The position numbers were made by a program, and so were the translations under genes. The notes beneath the pieces are model-generated. The model saw only the letters and a list, made by a program, of their open reading frames with translations, did no database searches and was not told the DNA's origin. DNA of 64,000 bases from an uncultured Candidatus Saccharibacteria bacterium (GTDB taxonomy: Bacteria > Patescibacteriota > Minisyncoccia > Minisyncoccales > RBG-13-42-11), in the NCBI GenBank assembly GCA_964481125.1, contig CAYZSL010000003.1:4727-68726 (forward strand). The letters run 5' to 3'. How positions within the stretch are numbered: position 1 is the stretch's first letter; the number at the start of each line of letters is the position of its first letter. Below are positions 50,855-61,270 of this stretch, piece by piece.

Positions 50855-51001
50855 TTAATCTGCCTGATACTCTATTTTAAGCGGTTCTTTGTCCTGCTGT
50901 TTTGCGGTTATATAACCTAAAGCAAAAGAAAGCAAAGATACCAGAATAACGCCGACAACCAAAATTATGTCCGCTCTATGAATTTTGACAAAATCTTTCA
51001 T
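50855..51001 (-). CDS. 48-aa single-TM protein candidate
   Basis: MKDFVKIHRADIILVVGVILVSLLSFALGYITAKQQ.. Ends 5 nt before the oxidoreductase ATG. Below the ORF-track cutoff. Confidence 0.3.
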   Translation of the reverse strand: MKDFVKIHRADIILVVGVILVSLLSFALGYITAKQQDKEPLKIEYQAD

Positions 51002-51040
51002 CTTTGTTAATATCATCTTGTTAATTAAATTATATATATT

Positions 51041-51313
51041 ATGGCAAAAACAAAAGCTACAGGATCAACTAAATTAGGAAGGGATTCAAGGCCTAAATAT
51101 TTGGGTATAAAGCTATTTGCAGGACAAAAGGTTAAAGCTGGCGGCATTATCGTCAGACAGAGAGGCACCAAGTTCCTTCCCGGAAAAAACGTCAAACGAG
51201 GAAACGACGACACTCTTTTTGCTTTGAAAGAAGGTACGGTTAACTTTAAAACTAAAAAGAAAAGGAGTTTCAATAACTCCCAAAGAACCGCTAAGGTTGT
51301 TAACGTTGAATAG
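51041..51313 (+). CDS. rpmA: 50S ribosomal protein L27
   Basis: 90 aa. [28 protein letters not shown]. Confidence 0.9.
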   Translation: MAKTKATGSTKLGRDSRPKYLGIKLFAGQKVKAGGIIVRQRGTKFLPGKNVKRGNDDTLFALKEGTVNFKTKKKRSFNNSQRTAKVVNVE

Positions 51314-52952
51314 CTGCCCTGATAAACTCACGGAATAAAGGATGCGGATTTAATGGTTTTGATTTGAATTCAGGATGAAACTGGCTTCCCACAAAAAAGG
51401 GATGCTTTTTAATTTCAATGATCTCCACTAAATCCCTTTCAGGATTAACTCCTGATGTTATCAAGCCCTTTGCTTCAAGCTCTTTCCTAAATTCATTGTT
51501 CAATTCATAGCGATGGCGATGCCTTTCTTTTACTAGGATATCGCCTTTTTTGTTCGGCTTTCCCCAACGGGATTTTAAATAAGCTGAATGGGCAATGGTT
51601 CCCTTTTTAATCAAACAGGAATAATCTCCCAGCCTCATAGTCCCTCCGTATTTTTTCTCCTGGATTAAGGCTTCCTGCTCTGGCATAGTGTCAATAACCG
51701 GATACTTGCAGTGTTTAACGATTTCAGTCGTATTGGCCTCTTTCATATGACAAACGTTTCTAGCAAATTCAATAACTGCCAGCTGCATGCCAAAACAAAG
51801 CCCTAAGTAAGGAATCTTATTCTTCCTGCAGTATTCAATCGCTTTGATCTTGCCCTCTGTCCCCCTGCTGCCGAATCCGCCAGGCACGATTACGCCATTA
51901 AGCTTCTTCAATTCTTTAAGTTTACCCGGGTCTTTCTCATAAGATTCGCTTGATAACCAGGATAACTCTATTTTCAATTTATAGAACCAGGAAGCGTGCT
52001 TTACCGCCTCAATTATGGAAATGTAAGAATCTGCCAGGGTAAAATCTCCTGTTTCAAAATATTTTCCGACAATACCGATTTTAACCGTTTTCTTTGCCGT
52101 TTTAATAACCTTGACCAGCTTTTTCCAGTCTTTTAGATTCTGTTTTCTCTGCCTTAAGCCGAACTTCTTCAAAATCATTTTCCCAAGATTGTCTTTTTCA
52201 AAATTAACCGGTATCTCGTAAATTGATTTGATGTCAGGAGCGGATATTACGTCTTCTTCCTGAACGTTGCAGAAAATCGATATTTTCTTTTTCCTGGGCT
52301 GGTCAAGCGCCACTTCCGAACGAGCAATAATAATATCAGGCTGTATGCCGCCGGAATTCAAGGTTCTGACAGCGTGCTGGGTAGGTTTGGTTTTCATTTC
52401 CCCGATCATATTGGGAACCGGCAGATAACTGACTAAAATAAAAAGAACATCTTTTGGATGTTGCAGTTTCATCATTCTGGCTGCTTCCAGAAAAAGAAGA
52501 TTCTGGTATTCGCCGACAGTCCCGCCGATCTCAATCAAAACGAATTCAGCTTTTGTTTTTTTAGTAGCATTCTGGATGCGGGAAATCACTTCGTTAGGAA
52601 TATGAGGCACCACTTCCACGCATTTGCCTCCGTATTCCAAATTCCTTTCCTTACGGATGACCGTTTCGTAAACGCGGCCGGTGGTAATGTAATTCTCGGT
52701 TGTCAGTTCTTCATCCAAAAACCTTTCATAATTACCGACATCCTGATCGCACTCCACTCCGTCTTTTGTCACGAAAACCTCTCCGTGCTCTATGGGATTC
52801 ATCGTCCCTGCGTCAACGTTAATGTACGGGTCGATTTTCACTGCCGTCACTTTGAAGCCCTTGCCCTGCAGAATCTTTCCGATGGAAGCTGTGGCCACGC
52901 CTTTTCCAATGCCGGACATCACTCCGCCTGCAATGAAAATGAATTTAGCCAT
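51300..52952 (-). CDS. pyrG: CTP synthase
   Basis: 550 aa. [23 protein letters not shown]. Confidence 0.95.
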   Translation of the reverse strand: MAKFIFIAGGVMSGIGKGVATASIGKILQGKGFKVTAVKIDPYINVDAGTMNPIEHGEVFVTKDGVECDQDVGNYERFLDEELTTENYITTGRVYETVIRKERNLEYGGKCVEVVPHIPNEVISRIQNATKKTKAEFVLIEIGGTVGEYQNLLFLEAARMMKLQHPKDVLFILVSYLPVPNMIGEMKTKPTQHAVRTLNSGGIQPDIIIARSEVALDQPRKKKISIFCNVQEEDVISAPDIKSIYEIPVNFEKDNLGKMILKKFGLRQRKQNLKDWKKLVKVIKTAKKTVKIGIVGKYFETGDFTLADSYISIIEAVKHASWFYKLKIELSWLSSESYEKDPGKLKELKKLNGVIVPGGFGSRGTEGKIKAIEYCRKNKIPYLGLCFGMQLAVIEFARNVCHMKEANTTEIVKHCKYPVIDTMPEQEALIQEKKYGGTMRLGDYSCLIKKGTIAHSAYLKSRWGKPNKKGDILVKERHRHRYELNNEFRKELEAKGLITSGVNPERDLVEIIEIKKHPFFVGSQFHPEFKSKPLNPHPLFREFIRAAIQR

Positions 52953-52954
52953 AG

Positions 52955-53404
52955 CTACTCTTCCAATTTACTGACTATCGCTCTGATTTCGACCTCTAAA
53001 TTGTGCTCAAGTTTAATTTTAACCGGGAACTCCCCTATCTCTTTTATGGGTTCTGGCAAACCAACCTGGGTTTTTTTTACGTCAAACCCCATTTCCTTTA
53101 ATTTGTCGGAAATCTTTTGCGCATTAATTGATTCGAACAGCTGTCCTTCTTCTCCGACTTTAACGGCAATAGCCAGTTCCATGTCATCAATCTTTGAAGC
53201 AAGCTCCTGGGCTTTTTTCAATTCATCTTCAGCTTTTTTCTCCTGGATTTCTTTCTGTACTTCAAGCCATTTTAAAGCTTCTTCGGTCGCTGGCTTTGCC
53301 AAACCTTTATCAATCAAAAAGTTCCTGGCATAGCCTTCTTTAACTTCCTTAACCTCAAACTGCTTTCCCACCCTTTCAACGTCTTTTAATAAAATAACCT
53401 TCAT
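52955..53404 (-). CDS. rplI: 50S ribosomal protein L9
   Basis: 149 aa. [30 protein letters not shown]. Confidence 0.9.
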   Translation of the reverse strand: MKVILLKDVERVGKQFEVKEVKEGYARNFLIDKGLAKPATEEALKWLEVQKEIQEKKAEDELKKAQELASKIDDMELAIAVKVGEEGQLFESINAQKISDKLKEMGFDVKKTQVGLPEPIKEIGEFPVKIKLEHNLEVEIRAIVSKLEE

Positions 53405-53415
53405 AATATATTATC

Positions 53416-54603
53416 TTAATTCAATTCTTTAATTATTTCAACTGCTTTATCAAGTTGGGGGTCGCGGCCGGCATTGTAATCTTCATCCGTCATCTCTACC
53501 ATTATATCAGGTTCCAGGCCTTTGTCAGTAATGAAGTCTCCTTTTGGAGTCAACCATTTGGCAATAGTCACTTTCAAGGAAGAACCGTCCCTTAATTCAG
53601 CCAATTCCTGGACAGACCCTTTGCCGAATGATGTTTCGCCGATTAACTTGATTCCCCGATTATCCCTTAAAGCCCCTGCCAGAATCTCAGAGCCTGAAGC
53701 TGATCCTTTATTAATTAATATTACTACAGGATAAGCAAGCAGTTTTGAATTTCCTTGGGCCAAATATGAATATGGTTCTTCTGCTCCGCCAAAGTCCTCA
53801 ACAACCACTACCTGGTTCTTTTCCAAAAACCAGCCGGCAATATCCTGAGCAACATCCAGATACCCTCCAGGATTATTCCTTAAATCAATAATTATTCTGT
53901 CAGCATCGCTATTTAATATTTTAGCAGCTGCATCTCTAAAATCAAAAGAAGCTACTTCAGAAAATTGGTAAAGTTTCAGATAAGCGATATTATCATCCCT
54001 GATTTCCAGTTTCAAGGAAGGAATATCAATCACTCCCCTAATTATTTTAATATCTCTATTCTCTCCCCACTCTTCCCGAAAAATCGTCAGAACAACTTCA
54101 GTCCCTTTTTGGCCGCGGATCAGACTGACTGCCTCATCTGTTGTTATATCAACAGTGGATTTTCCGTCAACACTCATAATCTTATCGCCAGCTCTCAGCC
54201 CTGCTTTTTGGGCCGGCGTTCCTTCTAATGGAGCGACTACCTGAAGCTGGCCGTCCTTGATGTCAATTTCCATGCCCACGCCTTCAAAACTTCCTTTAAC
54301 GTCTTCAACAAATCTTTTAGCGTCATCAGGCTTTAAAAAAACAGTATATGGGTCGTTCAAAGAATCAACCATGCCGGAAATCGCTCCGTAAATCAGTTCC
54401 TGAACATTGATTTCCGCTTTGCCTACATATTTATCCTGTATGGTCTGCCAAGTTTCCCAGAAAAGAGAGAAATCAAGGTCTTCTGGCGGGCAAACCTGGC
54501 AGACAACCTTGGACTGGCCATACCAAAAGCCAAAGCCGAAAGCAACCGCTATCATGACGATTACAAAAAAAAGAATGGAAACTTTAGCTATTTTGCTCAA
54601 CAT
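53416..54603 (-). CDS. S41 family C-terminal processing peptidase with a PDZ domain
   Basis: 395 aa. N-terminal TM, PDZ (GLRAGDKIMSVDG), GSASGSEILAGAL, KG catalytic region. Confidence 0.85.
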   Translation of the reverse strand: MLSKIAKVSILFFVIVMIAVAFGFGFWYGQSKVVCQVCPPEDLDFSLFWETWQTIQDKYVGKAEINVQELIYGAISGMVDSLNDPYTVFLKPDDAKRFVEDVKGSFEGVGMEIDIKDGQLQVVAPLEGTPAQKAGLRAGDKIMSVDGKSTVDITTDEAVSLIRGQKGTEVVLTIFREEWGENRDIKIIRGVIDIPSLKLEIRDDNIAYLKLYQFSEVASFDFRDAAAKILNSDADRIIIDLRNNPGGYLDVAQDIAGWFLEKNQVVVVEDFGGAEEPYSYLAQGNSKLLAYPVVILINKGSASGSEILAGALRDNRGIKLIGETSFGKGSVQELAELRDGSSLKVTIAKWLTPKGDFITDKGLEPDIMVEMTDEDYNAGRDPQLDKAVEIIKELN

Positions 54604-54688
54604 ATTAGAAATAAACTAAAAAACAAAACTTTGTTTTGATTTAAACACTATTATATTAATTTACCATAATAAAATATTTGAAACAAGC

Positions 54689-54712
54689 AAAAAACCCTTG
54701 ATCAGGGTTTTT
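54689..54712. terminator. bidirectional rho-independent terminator ending the hrcA-grpE-dnaK-dnaJ-tRNA unit
   Basis: AAAAACCCT-tgatc-AGGGTTTTT. Confidence 0.8.
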
Positions 54713-54718
54713 CTGCTG

Positions 54719-54791
54719 TGCCCCCGCCGCGACTCGAACGCGGAACCACTTCCTTAAAAGGGAATTGCTCTACCAATTGAGCTACGGGGGC
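54719..54791 (-). tRNA. tRNA-Lys (anticodon UUU), no encoded CCA
   Basis: Hand-folded cloverleaf: GCCCCCG/CGGGGGC acceptor, GCTC/GAGC D-stem, anticodon loop CTTTTAA, CCGCG-TTCGAGT-CGCGG T-arm. Confidence 0.9.
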
Positions 54792-55871
54792 TTAAATGCC
54801 TTCTTCCTGTAATTCTTCCAATAATTCTTTTTGTTTTTTTGTTAACTTCTTGGGAGTTCTGACAACTAACTCAACATACATACTCCCTGTTCCAAAACCT
54901 GAAAAATGAGTTAATCCTTTGCCTGAAATCTTCAATATTTTTCCTGATTCTGTTCCAGATGGTATTCTAAGAAAAATCTTCTTTCCTTGCAAGGTCATTA
55001 TCTCTGTCTCGCCTCCCAAAGCTGCCTGGCTGAAAGAAATCGACTCTTGAGAATATAAATCATCTCCTTTCCTTTTGAAAACAGGATGCTTCCTGACGAA
55101 TATTCTAACATATAAATCGCCTGCTTTTCCAGAGCGCCTGCCAGCTTCTCCCTGCCCCTCAATCTTAATTATCTGATTGCTGTCTACGCCAGCCGGAACG
55201 AAAACTTTAATTCTCTCCTGTTTTTTTATCCTTCCTTCTCCCTGGCAAACATTGCAGGGTTTCTCCGGTTTAAAACCTTCTCCTCCGCATTCAGGACAAG
55301 TGGCGTTTTGTGCAAAAGAACCAAGAGGAGTTCTTCTTATCTGCTGGACCCAGCCCGTGCCTCTGCAGGAAAAGCATTCTTTTACTTTGGTCCCCGGTTC
55401 GCCTCCTGTGCCCTGGCACCTGGAACAGGAAACGAATTTATCCAAAATAATTTCTTTTTCTTTGCCGGAAAGCACGTCCTCCAAAGGAATTTCCATTTCA
55501 ACCTCAATGTCTTTACCGCGTTTGAAGTCTTTTTTCTTTCTTCCCATTCCGAAACCCAAAAAGTCCTCCATCAAATCGCTCAAGTCTCCGAAATCAAACT
55601 CAAAATCAACATTCTGCCTGCCGGAAAATGAACTAAAATCAAATCCGGAATCAAAACCAGCTCCTTCTTCAAAAACCCTACCGAATTGATCGTACTGGGC
55701 TCTCTTGTCTTTATTCGAAAGGGTCTGATAAGCTTCGCTTATCTCTTTGAATTTTTTCTCGTCTCCGCCTTTGTCAGGATGATATTTATGGGCCAGCTTG
55801 TAATATGCTTTTTTAACTTCTTCATGAGAAGCATCCCGAGAAAGACCCAGGATTTGATAATAGTCCTTCAT
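54792..55871 (-). CDS. dnaJ: molecular chaperone DnaJ
   Basis: 359 aa. J domain with HPD, four CxxCxGxG repeats. Confidence 0.95.
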   Translation of the reverse strand: MKDYYQILGLSRDASHEEVKKAYYKLAHKYHPDKGGDEKKFKEISEAYQTLSNKDKRAQYDQFGRVFEEGAGFDSGFDFSSFSGRQNVDFEFDFGDLSDLMEDFLGFGMGRKKKDFKRGKDIEVEMEIPLEDVLSGKEKEIILDKFVSCSRCQGTGGEPGTKVKECFSCRGTGWVQQIRRTPLGSFAQNATCPECGGEGFKPEKPCNVCQGEGRIKKQERIKVFVPAGVDSNQIIKIEGQGEAGRRSGKAGDLYVRIFVRKHPVFKRKGDDLYSQESISFSQAALGGETEIMTLQGKKIFLRIPSGTESGKILKISGKGLTHFSGFGTGSMYVELVVRTPKKLTKKQKELLEELQEEGI

Positions 55872-55874
55872 AAA

Positions 55875-57758
55875 TTATTTTTCTTTGTATTCCCCTTCTT
55901 CCGGTTTTTTTTCTTCTTCTGATACTTTCTCTTCTTTCGGTTTCTCCTGCTTTTGCGCTTGCTGATAAAGTTCAGTCCCTACTTTTTGTAGGCTCTGTGA
56001 TAAATCTGAAGTTTTCTGTTTAATTTCTTCAATATTATCACCATCTTTCACTTTCTTCAACTCATTAAGTTTTTCTTCTATTTCTTTCTTGGCTTCCGGG
56101 GAAATCTTATCTCCCGATTCTCTCATTGTTTTCTCCGTCATATAAACAACATTGTCAGCCATGTTCTTAGCCTCAATTGATTCCTGCTTTTTCTTGTCTT
56201 CTTGGGCATGTGCTTCAGCTTCCTTTTTCATTTTTTCCACTTCTTCTTTTGAAATGCCGGTAGATCCTTCTATCCTTATTGAGTGGGATTTACTGGTTGC
56301 CTTATCTTTGGCAGTAACGTTCAAAATGCCGTTGGCGTCAATATCAAAAATCACCTCAATCTGGGGAACACCTCTGGGAGCTGGCGGAATACCGTCCAAC
56401 ATAAACTTTCCCAAACTTTTGTTATCGTGAGCCATAGGCCTTTCTCCCTGCAGAACATGGATTTCAACTGATGTCTGACTATCAGCCGCCGTGGAAAAAA
56501 CCTGGTTTTTTGAAGTAGGTACGGTCGTATTCTTAACAATCAAAGGAGTACTTACCCCGCCCAAAGTTTCAATTCCCAAAGAAAGCGGAGTTACGTCCAA
56601 CAATAAAACATCTTTAACGTCTCCCTGCATAATGCCAGCCTGGATAGCTGCTCCGACAGCCACCACTTCATCAGGATTAATTGAACGATTGGCTTCCTTG
56701 CCGAATATTTTCTTTAATTCTTCCTGGATCTTCGGCATTCTGGTCTGGCCTCCGACTAAAACTATTTCTTCAATATCTTTCGGCTCTAACTTGGCTTCTC
56801 TCAAAGTCTGTTTTACCAAATCAATAGACTTATCGATATAATCATTAACTAATTCTTCAAGCTTTGACCTGCTCAACTTAAAATAGAAATGCTTGGGACC
56901 GGAAGAATCAGCTGTAACAAAAGGCAGATTGATTTCAGCTTCCACGACAGAAGACAATTCAATCTTTGCTTTTTCAGCCGCTTCCTTTATTCTTTGCAAA
57001 GCTAAAGGATCTTTTGATAAATCAATACCATCGCTCTTTTTGAATTCATTAACCAGCCAGTCCATTATCTTCTGGTCAAAATCATCCCCTCCCAAATGAG
57101 TATCTCCGCCAGTTGCTTTTACTTCTATGGTGTCTTCAGAAACATCCAGAACAGATATGTCAAAAGTGCCTCCGCCAAAATCATAAACAATAATCTGCTC
57201 TCCTTTCTTTTTATTCAAGCCGTAAGCCAAAGCAGCGGCTGTCGGTTCGTTAATCACCCTTTTTACGTTAAATCCGGCAATTTCTCCGGCAACCTTAGTT
57301 GCTTTTCTCTGGCTGTCGTCAAAGTAGGCAGGGCAGGTAATAATAGCTTCGTCTATCTTTTCTCCCAGTTTTGCCTCAGCATCAGCTTTCAACTTTTGTA
57401 AAATCATGGCCGAAATCTCAGCTGGCTTTAACCATTTTTCGCTCATCTTCACTTCAACGCCGCCATCTCCAGCTTCTCTAATCTCGTAAGGCATAAGCTT
57501 TTTGTCTTTTTGCACCTCCGGATCGGAAAAGCGCCGGCCGATTAATCTCTTAACTGAGAAAATGGTGTTTTGAGGATTGGTTACCTGCTGCCTTTTAGCC
57601 AAAACGCCGACCAGCCTTTCTCCACTTTTAGTTAAAGCAACGACAGAGGGAGTGGTTCTTCCTCCTTCTTTGTTTTCAATTATTTTTGGTTCCCCGCCTT
57701 CCATGGCTGCCATGGCAGAAAAGGTTGTTCCCAAATCAATACCTAATATTTTACCCAT
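55875..57758 (-). CDS. dnaK: molecular chaperone DnaK
   Basis: 627 aa. [25 protein letters not shown]. Confidence 0.97.
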   Translation of the reverse strand: MGKILGIDLGTTFSAMAAMEGGEPKIIENKEGGRTTPSVVALTKSGERLVGVLAKRQQVTNPQNTIFSVKRLIGRRFSDPEVQKDKKLMPYEIREAGDGGVEVKMSEKWLKPAEISAMILQKLKADAEAKLGEKIDEAIITCPAYFDDSQRKATKVAGEIAGFNVKRVINEPTAAALAYGLNKKKGEQIIVYDFGGGTFDISVLDVSEDTIEVKATGGDTHLGGDDFDQKIMDWLVNEFKKSDGIDLSKDPLALQRIKEAAEKAKIELSSVVEAEINLPFVTADSSGPKHFYFKLSRSKLEELVNDYIDKSIDLVKQTLREAKLEPKDIEEIVLVGGQTRMPKIQEELKKIFGKEANRSINPDEVVAVGAAIQAGIMQGDVKDVLLLDVTPLSLGIETLGGVSTPLIVKNTTVPTSKNQVFSTAADSQTSVEIHVLQGERPMAHDNKSLGKFMLDGIPPAPRGVPQIEVIFDIDANGILNVTAKDKATSKSHSIRIEGSTGISKEEVEKMKKEAEAHAQEDKKKQESIEAKNMADNVVYMTEKTMRESGDKISPEAKKEIEEKLNELKKVKDGDNIEEIKQKTSDLSQSLQKVGTELYQQAQKQEKPKEEKVSEEEKKPEEGEYKEK

Positions 57759-57791
57759 ATTTTTATTAATTTAATAAATTAAAAAATAATA

Positions 57792-58262
57792 TTATTTTGC
57801 GACTTTTACTTTCGCAGGCCTTAATAACCTGCCGTTAATAATATAGCCTTTTTGAACTTCTTCTAATATAACTCCGGATTGACCGCCTTCTTTGGTTTCA
57901 ATCGCCTCGTGCAAGTTAGGATCGAACTTCTCACCAGCTGTCTTCATTTCTTCAACCCCCTGGTTTTTCAAGAAATCCATGATCTGATTTTTAAGCTGTA
58001 AAATCCCTTTTACGTTTTCGTCTTTCTTTAACCCTTCTGGCAATTTATTTTCAATCAGTTCAAAATTATCCAGAATGGGAATAATCTTCAAAATAAGTTC
58101 TTCGCCGGCATAAGCGAGTAAAGCAGTAATTCTCTCCATTTCTTCTTTTTTGTAATTCAAAAAATCAGCTCTCGCTCTCTGCCAGCCGGCCAAATACTCG
58201 TCTTTCTGCTTTAAACACTCTTCCAGTTTCTTTTTTAAATTTTCATCTTGTTTTTCAACCAT
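57792..58262 (-). CDS. grpE: nucleotide exchange factor GrpE
   Basis: 156 aa. RARADFLNYKKE, GYIINGRLLRPAKV. Confidence 0.9.
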   Translation of the reverse strand: MVEKQDENLKKKLEECLKQKDEYLAGWQRARADFLNYKKEEMERITALLAYAGEELILKIIPILDNFELIENKLPEGLKKDENVKGILQLKNQIMDFLKNQGVEEMKTAGEKFDPNLHEAIETKEGGQSGVILEEVQKGYIINGRLLRPAKVKVAK

Positions 58263-58265
58263 ATA

Positions 58266-58976
58266 TTAAACTTTATCCAATAAATGAATTAAAGAATTCA
58301 GAGAACAGATGCTTTTATCGTAATCCATTCTTTTCGGGCCGAATATGGCCAAAAGTCCCTGTTCATTTTTCGGGAAATGGCATTTGGTCACTATGGCGCT
58401 GAATTCTCTGGCTTTGGGCAAAGGATTTTCTTTGCCGATGTAAACTTTAATATCAGCATCTAAATCAAAATCAGCTATTTCTTCCTCAAAGCTTTTAACC
58501 ATAGCAATGAAATCGTCAATCAGCTTTCTTTCCTTGAATTCCGGCTCTTTGATTATTTCCTCCCAGCCTTCCTTCCAAAATATTTTCTTGTCAGATAAAT
58601 ACCCTAAAGAAAAATTTGAGGAAACCAAGGCCAAATTCTTGGTTACGGATTGGAGAAACTTTATTGTATCATCCATTTCCCCATTAAACCAGTCAGATTC
58701 AAAAATATCCTCTTTCAAAGAATGTTCCTGCAATAAACTATCAACGAAAAAGCGATAGCCCTTATCGGTCGGCACTCTGCCGGCCGAAGTATGGGGTTGG
58801 GAAAGAAAACCCGCATCGGTCAGCTTCTGCATTTCGTTCCTAATAGTAGCAGAGCAAACATCAAAATCACATTTCTTTTCCAGAAATTCAGAACTGACCG
58901 GTTCAACCGACCTGATGTAGTTTTTGATGATATTATTCAATATCCCTGTCTGCCTTTCGGTTAATTCCATATACAT
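58266..58976 (-). CDS. hrcA: heat-inducible transcription repressor HrcA (short form; likely start at 58970)
   Basis: MELTERQTGILNNII..SSEFL..SATIRNEM..L.DAGFL.QPHTSAGRVPTDKGYRFFVD. 234-236 aa, against about 340 aa as recalled for typical HrcA. Confidence 0.8.
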   Translation of the reverse strand: MYMELTERQTGILNNIIKNYIRSVEPVSSEFLEKKCDFDVCSATIRNEMQKLTDAGFLSQPHTSAGRVPTDKGYRFFVDSLLQEHSLKEDIFESDWFNGEMDDTIKFLQSVTKNLALVSSNFSLGYLSDKKIFWKEGWEEIIKEPEFKERKLIDDFIAMVKSFEEEIADFDLDADIKVYIGKENPLPKAREFSAIVTKCHFPKNEQGLLAIFGPKRMDYDKSICSLNSLIHLLDKV

Positions 58977-58978
58977 CC

Positions 58979-59007
58979 ATAATAACCGGATTAGCAGTCA
59001 CTGTCAA
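58979..59007 (-). promoter_or_regulatory. hrcA promoter TTGACA-17-TATTAT overlapping CIRCE
   Basis: Minus strand: TTGACA = 59007-59002, TATTAT = 58984-58979. The -10 ends 8 nt before the ATG at 58970. Confidence 0.55.
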
Positions 59008-59017
59008 GGAGTGCTAA
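58991..59017 (-). promoter_or_regulatory. CIRCE operator (TTAGCAGTC-N9-GAGTGCTAA on the plus strand)
   Basis: Matches the CIRCE consensus TTAGCACTC-N9-GAGTGCTAA at 17 of 18 positions, immediately upstream of hrcA. Confidence 0.85.
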
Positions 59018-59801
59018 CGCCTCTAAACTTAGGATTGGCAAAATTGCCGAACCTCAATTCAATGTATTCCAAGTCATGCCTCTCTTCTGAAGATATTCTC
59101 TCCTCCAAAAGCACTTTCAGCTTCATTAGTTGCCAGTCTATATCGTTCTGAAGATTAAAATACAGCTCCCAACCGTCTTCAGCAACCGCCACCAGCTTGT
59201 CCGTAGAAGAAACGAAAAACTCTGCAACCTGAATATTCAAATTTTTCTCCAGATTAAAATTAATCTGCAAAATCTTAGCCAAATCGTCTTTATCAATCGC
59301 CTGCTCCCCTGTTTTCTTCTCGTCCTGGGAATAAGAATCATTGATTATTATTTCTCCAGCAGGAACTTCTTCAATCTTTTCAAAGACTATTCCGTTTTCA
59401 TCTATTTTAAAACAATCGTTCTCATTAGCACACCAAAGAGCAACTCTCTGTCTTTCTTGTATCTCAATGGATAATTTGTCCGGCAGCCTCATTTTCACGT
59501 CGGCCAAACCGATCTCAGGATATTTCATCAAAATATTCTCTTCTATCTTCCCAGCATTAATTCTAAAAAATAGACTGCCTTTTAAGCCAACCTCTTCTTT
59601 AACTATACTTTCAATATCCTCAGTCGATATTTTCTCATTGCCGTTTATCTTAATTTCTTTAATCTTAAAAAATGGCGTAAAAAAAACGAAATAACAAAGG
59701 CCGGTAGCAACAATCAAAAACAAAAGAAAAAACCAAAAAAAGCGATTGCGGTAAATCGGTTTTCTCCTCTTATATCTGTGCGATTTCCTGTAATGCTTCA
59801 T
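59004..59801 (-). CDS. ftsQ: FtsQ-type POTRA domain cell-division protein
   Basis: 265 aa. Basic N-terminus, one TM, POTRA (FKIKEIKINGNEKIS). Confidence 0.7.
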   Translation of the reverse strand: MKHYRKSHRYKRRKPIYRNRFFWFFLLFLIVATGLCYFVFFTPFFKIKEIKINGNEKISTEDIESIVKEEVGLKGSLFFRINAGKIEENILMKYPEIGLADVKMRLPDKLSIEIQERQRVALWCANENDCFKIDENGIVFEKIEEVPAGEIIINDSYSQDEKKTGEQAIDKDDLAKILQINFNLEKNLNIQVAEFFVSSTDKLVAVAEDGWELYFNLQNDIDWQLMKLKVLLEERISSEERHDLEYIELRFGNFANPKFRGVSTP

Positions 59802-60833
59802 TTAAAGGCTTCTTTTAATTTTTCTCAGTTTCTCAAAAGCGAAAGTCAGCCAGTATTTCTTAGATAAAGGAAAATCCTGCGTCTTTAAGTACTGATAAAG
59901 TTCTCCGGAAAAGCCCATTTTAAAAAGGGTCGGGCCTGCCCAGGGATGATTGGGGTTTTCTTTGGGATCAACAAACCCCCAGAAATCATATGTCTTACAT
60001 CCCCTTTCTTTTGCTTCTTTTATCGCCTCCCACTGCAAAAGATAGGCAACAGGAACCTTATGGTATTTCGGAGATAAAGCTGCCTGATGGTAAAAAGCAA
60101 TGCCAGACCAAAAAACAACCAAAGCTGAAGCAACAATCTCGCCTTTGTACTTACCGAAAAATAATAAAGTTTGATTATCCTTTGATAAAACATCAAACTC
60201 ATTCTTAACAAAATTAAGGGAAAAAGGAACAAACCTCTGGTGTTTGGCAACTTCTTTATTAAGTTTATCGTAACAAGCCACGTCTTTCATTTCATTGCTC
60301 TTTGAAATTTCAATTTCAGGATTCTTTTGAGCCTGGCGGATAAGGTAGCGGGTGGTTTTGCGCATATCAGACAAAAGTTCTTGTTCTGGCAAACTAATAT
60401 CAAGCTTCCAGGTAGCTTCATAAGCATTGGCATGCATTTGGGCTGTTTTAAAGCAAAGATTCTTAAAAATGTTTTGGTTTTCCGGATTATCTTCCCATAA
60501 GGGATTCATCCTGATAAAAGCAGCTCCCTCTTTTTCCCCGAGCTTTTTCAAATATTCCAAAAGCGCGTTCAAGACTTTTAAATTCTGTTTTTGCGATTTA
60601 ACGTTCGGCCCGTGCTGAATAAGCAAGAAAGTGCCTCTTCTGGCAGCTACCTTTGAAACCAAAGCCGTTCCAATCAATTCCCCATCGTAAATCCCCAACC
60701 GCCAAATCTTATTTCCCATAGCCTTATTGAAATCTCCCCAATTCCAAGATTGCAAAAAAGTTTTATCTTCGCAACCTAAAAGAAAGTCTTCCCAAATCTT
60801 TTTATCCTGTATTTCTTTTATTTCTAGTTTCAT
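59802..60833 (-). CDS. FemAB-family peptidoglycan branch aminoacyltransferase
   Basis: 343 aa. FLQSWNWGDF start typical of FemX/FemAB. Stop abuts the ftsQ start. Confidence 0.75.
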   Translation of the reverse strand: MKLEIKEIQDKKIWEDFLLGCEDKTFLQSWNWGDFNKAMGNKIWRLGIYDGELIGTALVSKVAARRGTFLLIQHGPNVKSQKQNLKVLNALLEYLKKLGEKEGAAFIRMNPLWEDNPENQNIFKNLCFKTAQMHANAYEATWKLDISLPEQELLSDMRKTTRYLIRQAQKNPEIEISKSNEMKDVACYDKLNKEVAKHQRFVPFSLNFVKNEFDVLSKDNQTLLFFGKYKGEIVASALVVFWSGIAFYHQAALSPKYHKVPVAYLLQWEAIKEAKERGCKTYDFWGFVDPKENPNHPWAGPTLFKMGFSGELYQYLKTQDFPLSKKYWLTFAFEKLRKIKRSL

Positions 60834-61270
60834 TATATTATTTTATTTAAATCGTCATTAATAATAATCGGTTGCATCGCTAAAATTTCATCTTTATACA
60901 AAACGTCTGGGATATCATTTAATAAAAATATCTTTTTATCTAATATATGAGCAAAGCCCATTTCTAAAAAAACATTGCCGCCGATATAATTTTTTATTCC
61001 CTTTTTATCAATATTAACAACCAGGATAGCATCCGAATTTTGAATCAAATGGAAGTATCTTTTTATCAAATCTTCTTCTGATTCCTTTCTAAAACTTATA
61101 TCTCCACTTTCTCCTTTAGTTTTTAAAAATTCTTCCATAGATATTTTACCACTCAAAATCTTTCTAGAATAAAAAGGAATTTCTACTCTGTGTCCTTGCT
61201 TTAATAATTTATCAGCTATTTCCTTAGTTTTATATGTAAAATCAATACTTGCACAAATTGCTATTTTCAT
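60833..61270 (-). CDS. nucleoside 2-deoxyribosyltransferase-like (Rossmann-like) protein
   Basis: 145 aa. MKIAICASI.. and ..GGNVFLEMGFA pattern. Weak call. Confidence 0.35.
   Translation of the reverse strand: MKIAICASIDFTYKTKEIADKLLKQGHRVEIPFYSRKILSGKISMEEFLKTKGESGDISFRKESEEDLIKRYFHLIQNSDAILVVNIDKKGIKNYIGGNVFLEMGFAHILDKKIFLLNDIPDVLYKDEILAMQPIIINDDLNKII

Noticed and set aside
52458-53333. 291-aa plus-strand ORF
   Set aside because: It lies entirely antisense to pyrG and rplI, which have unmistakable motifs. Its translation is low-complexity (Ser/Phe/Cys-rich) with no start context. This is a typical shadow ORF.
55177-57774. Series of plus-strand ORFs (60-170 aa) across the dnaJ/dnaK region
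   Set aside because: All are antisense to the strongly supported chaperone genes. They are shadow ORFs.
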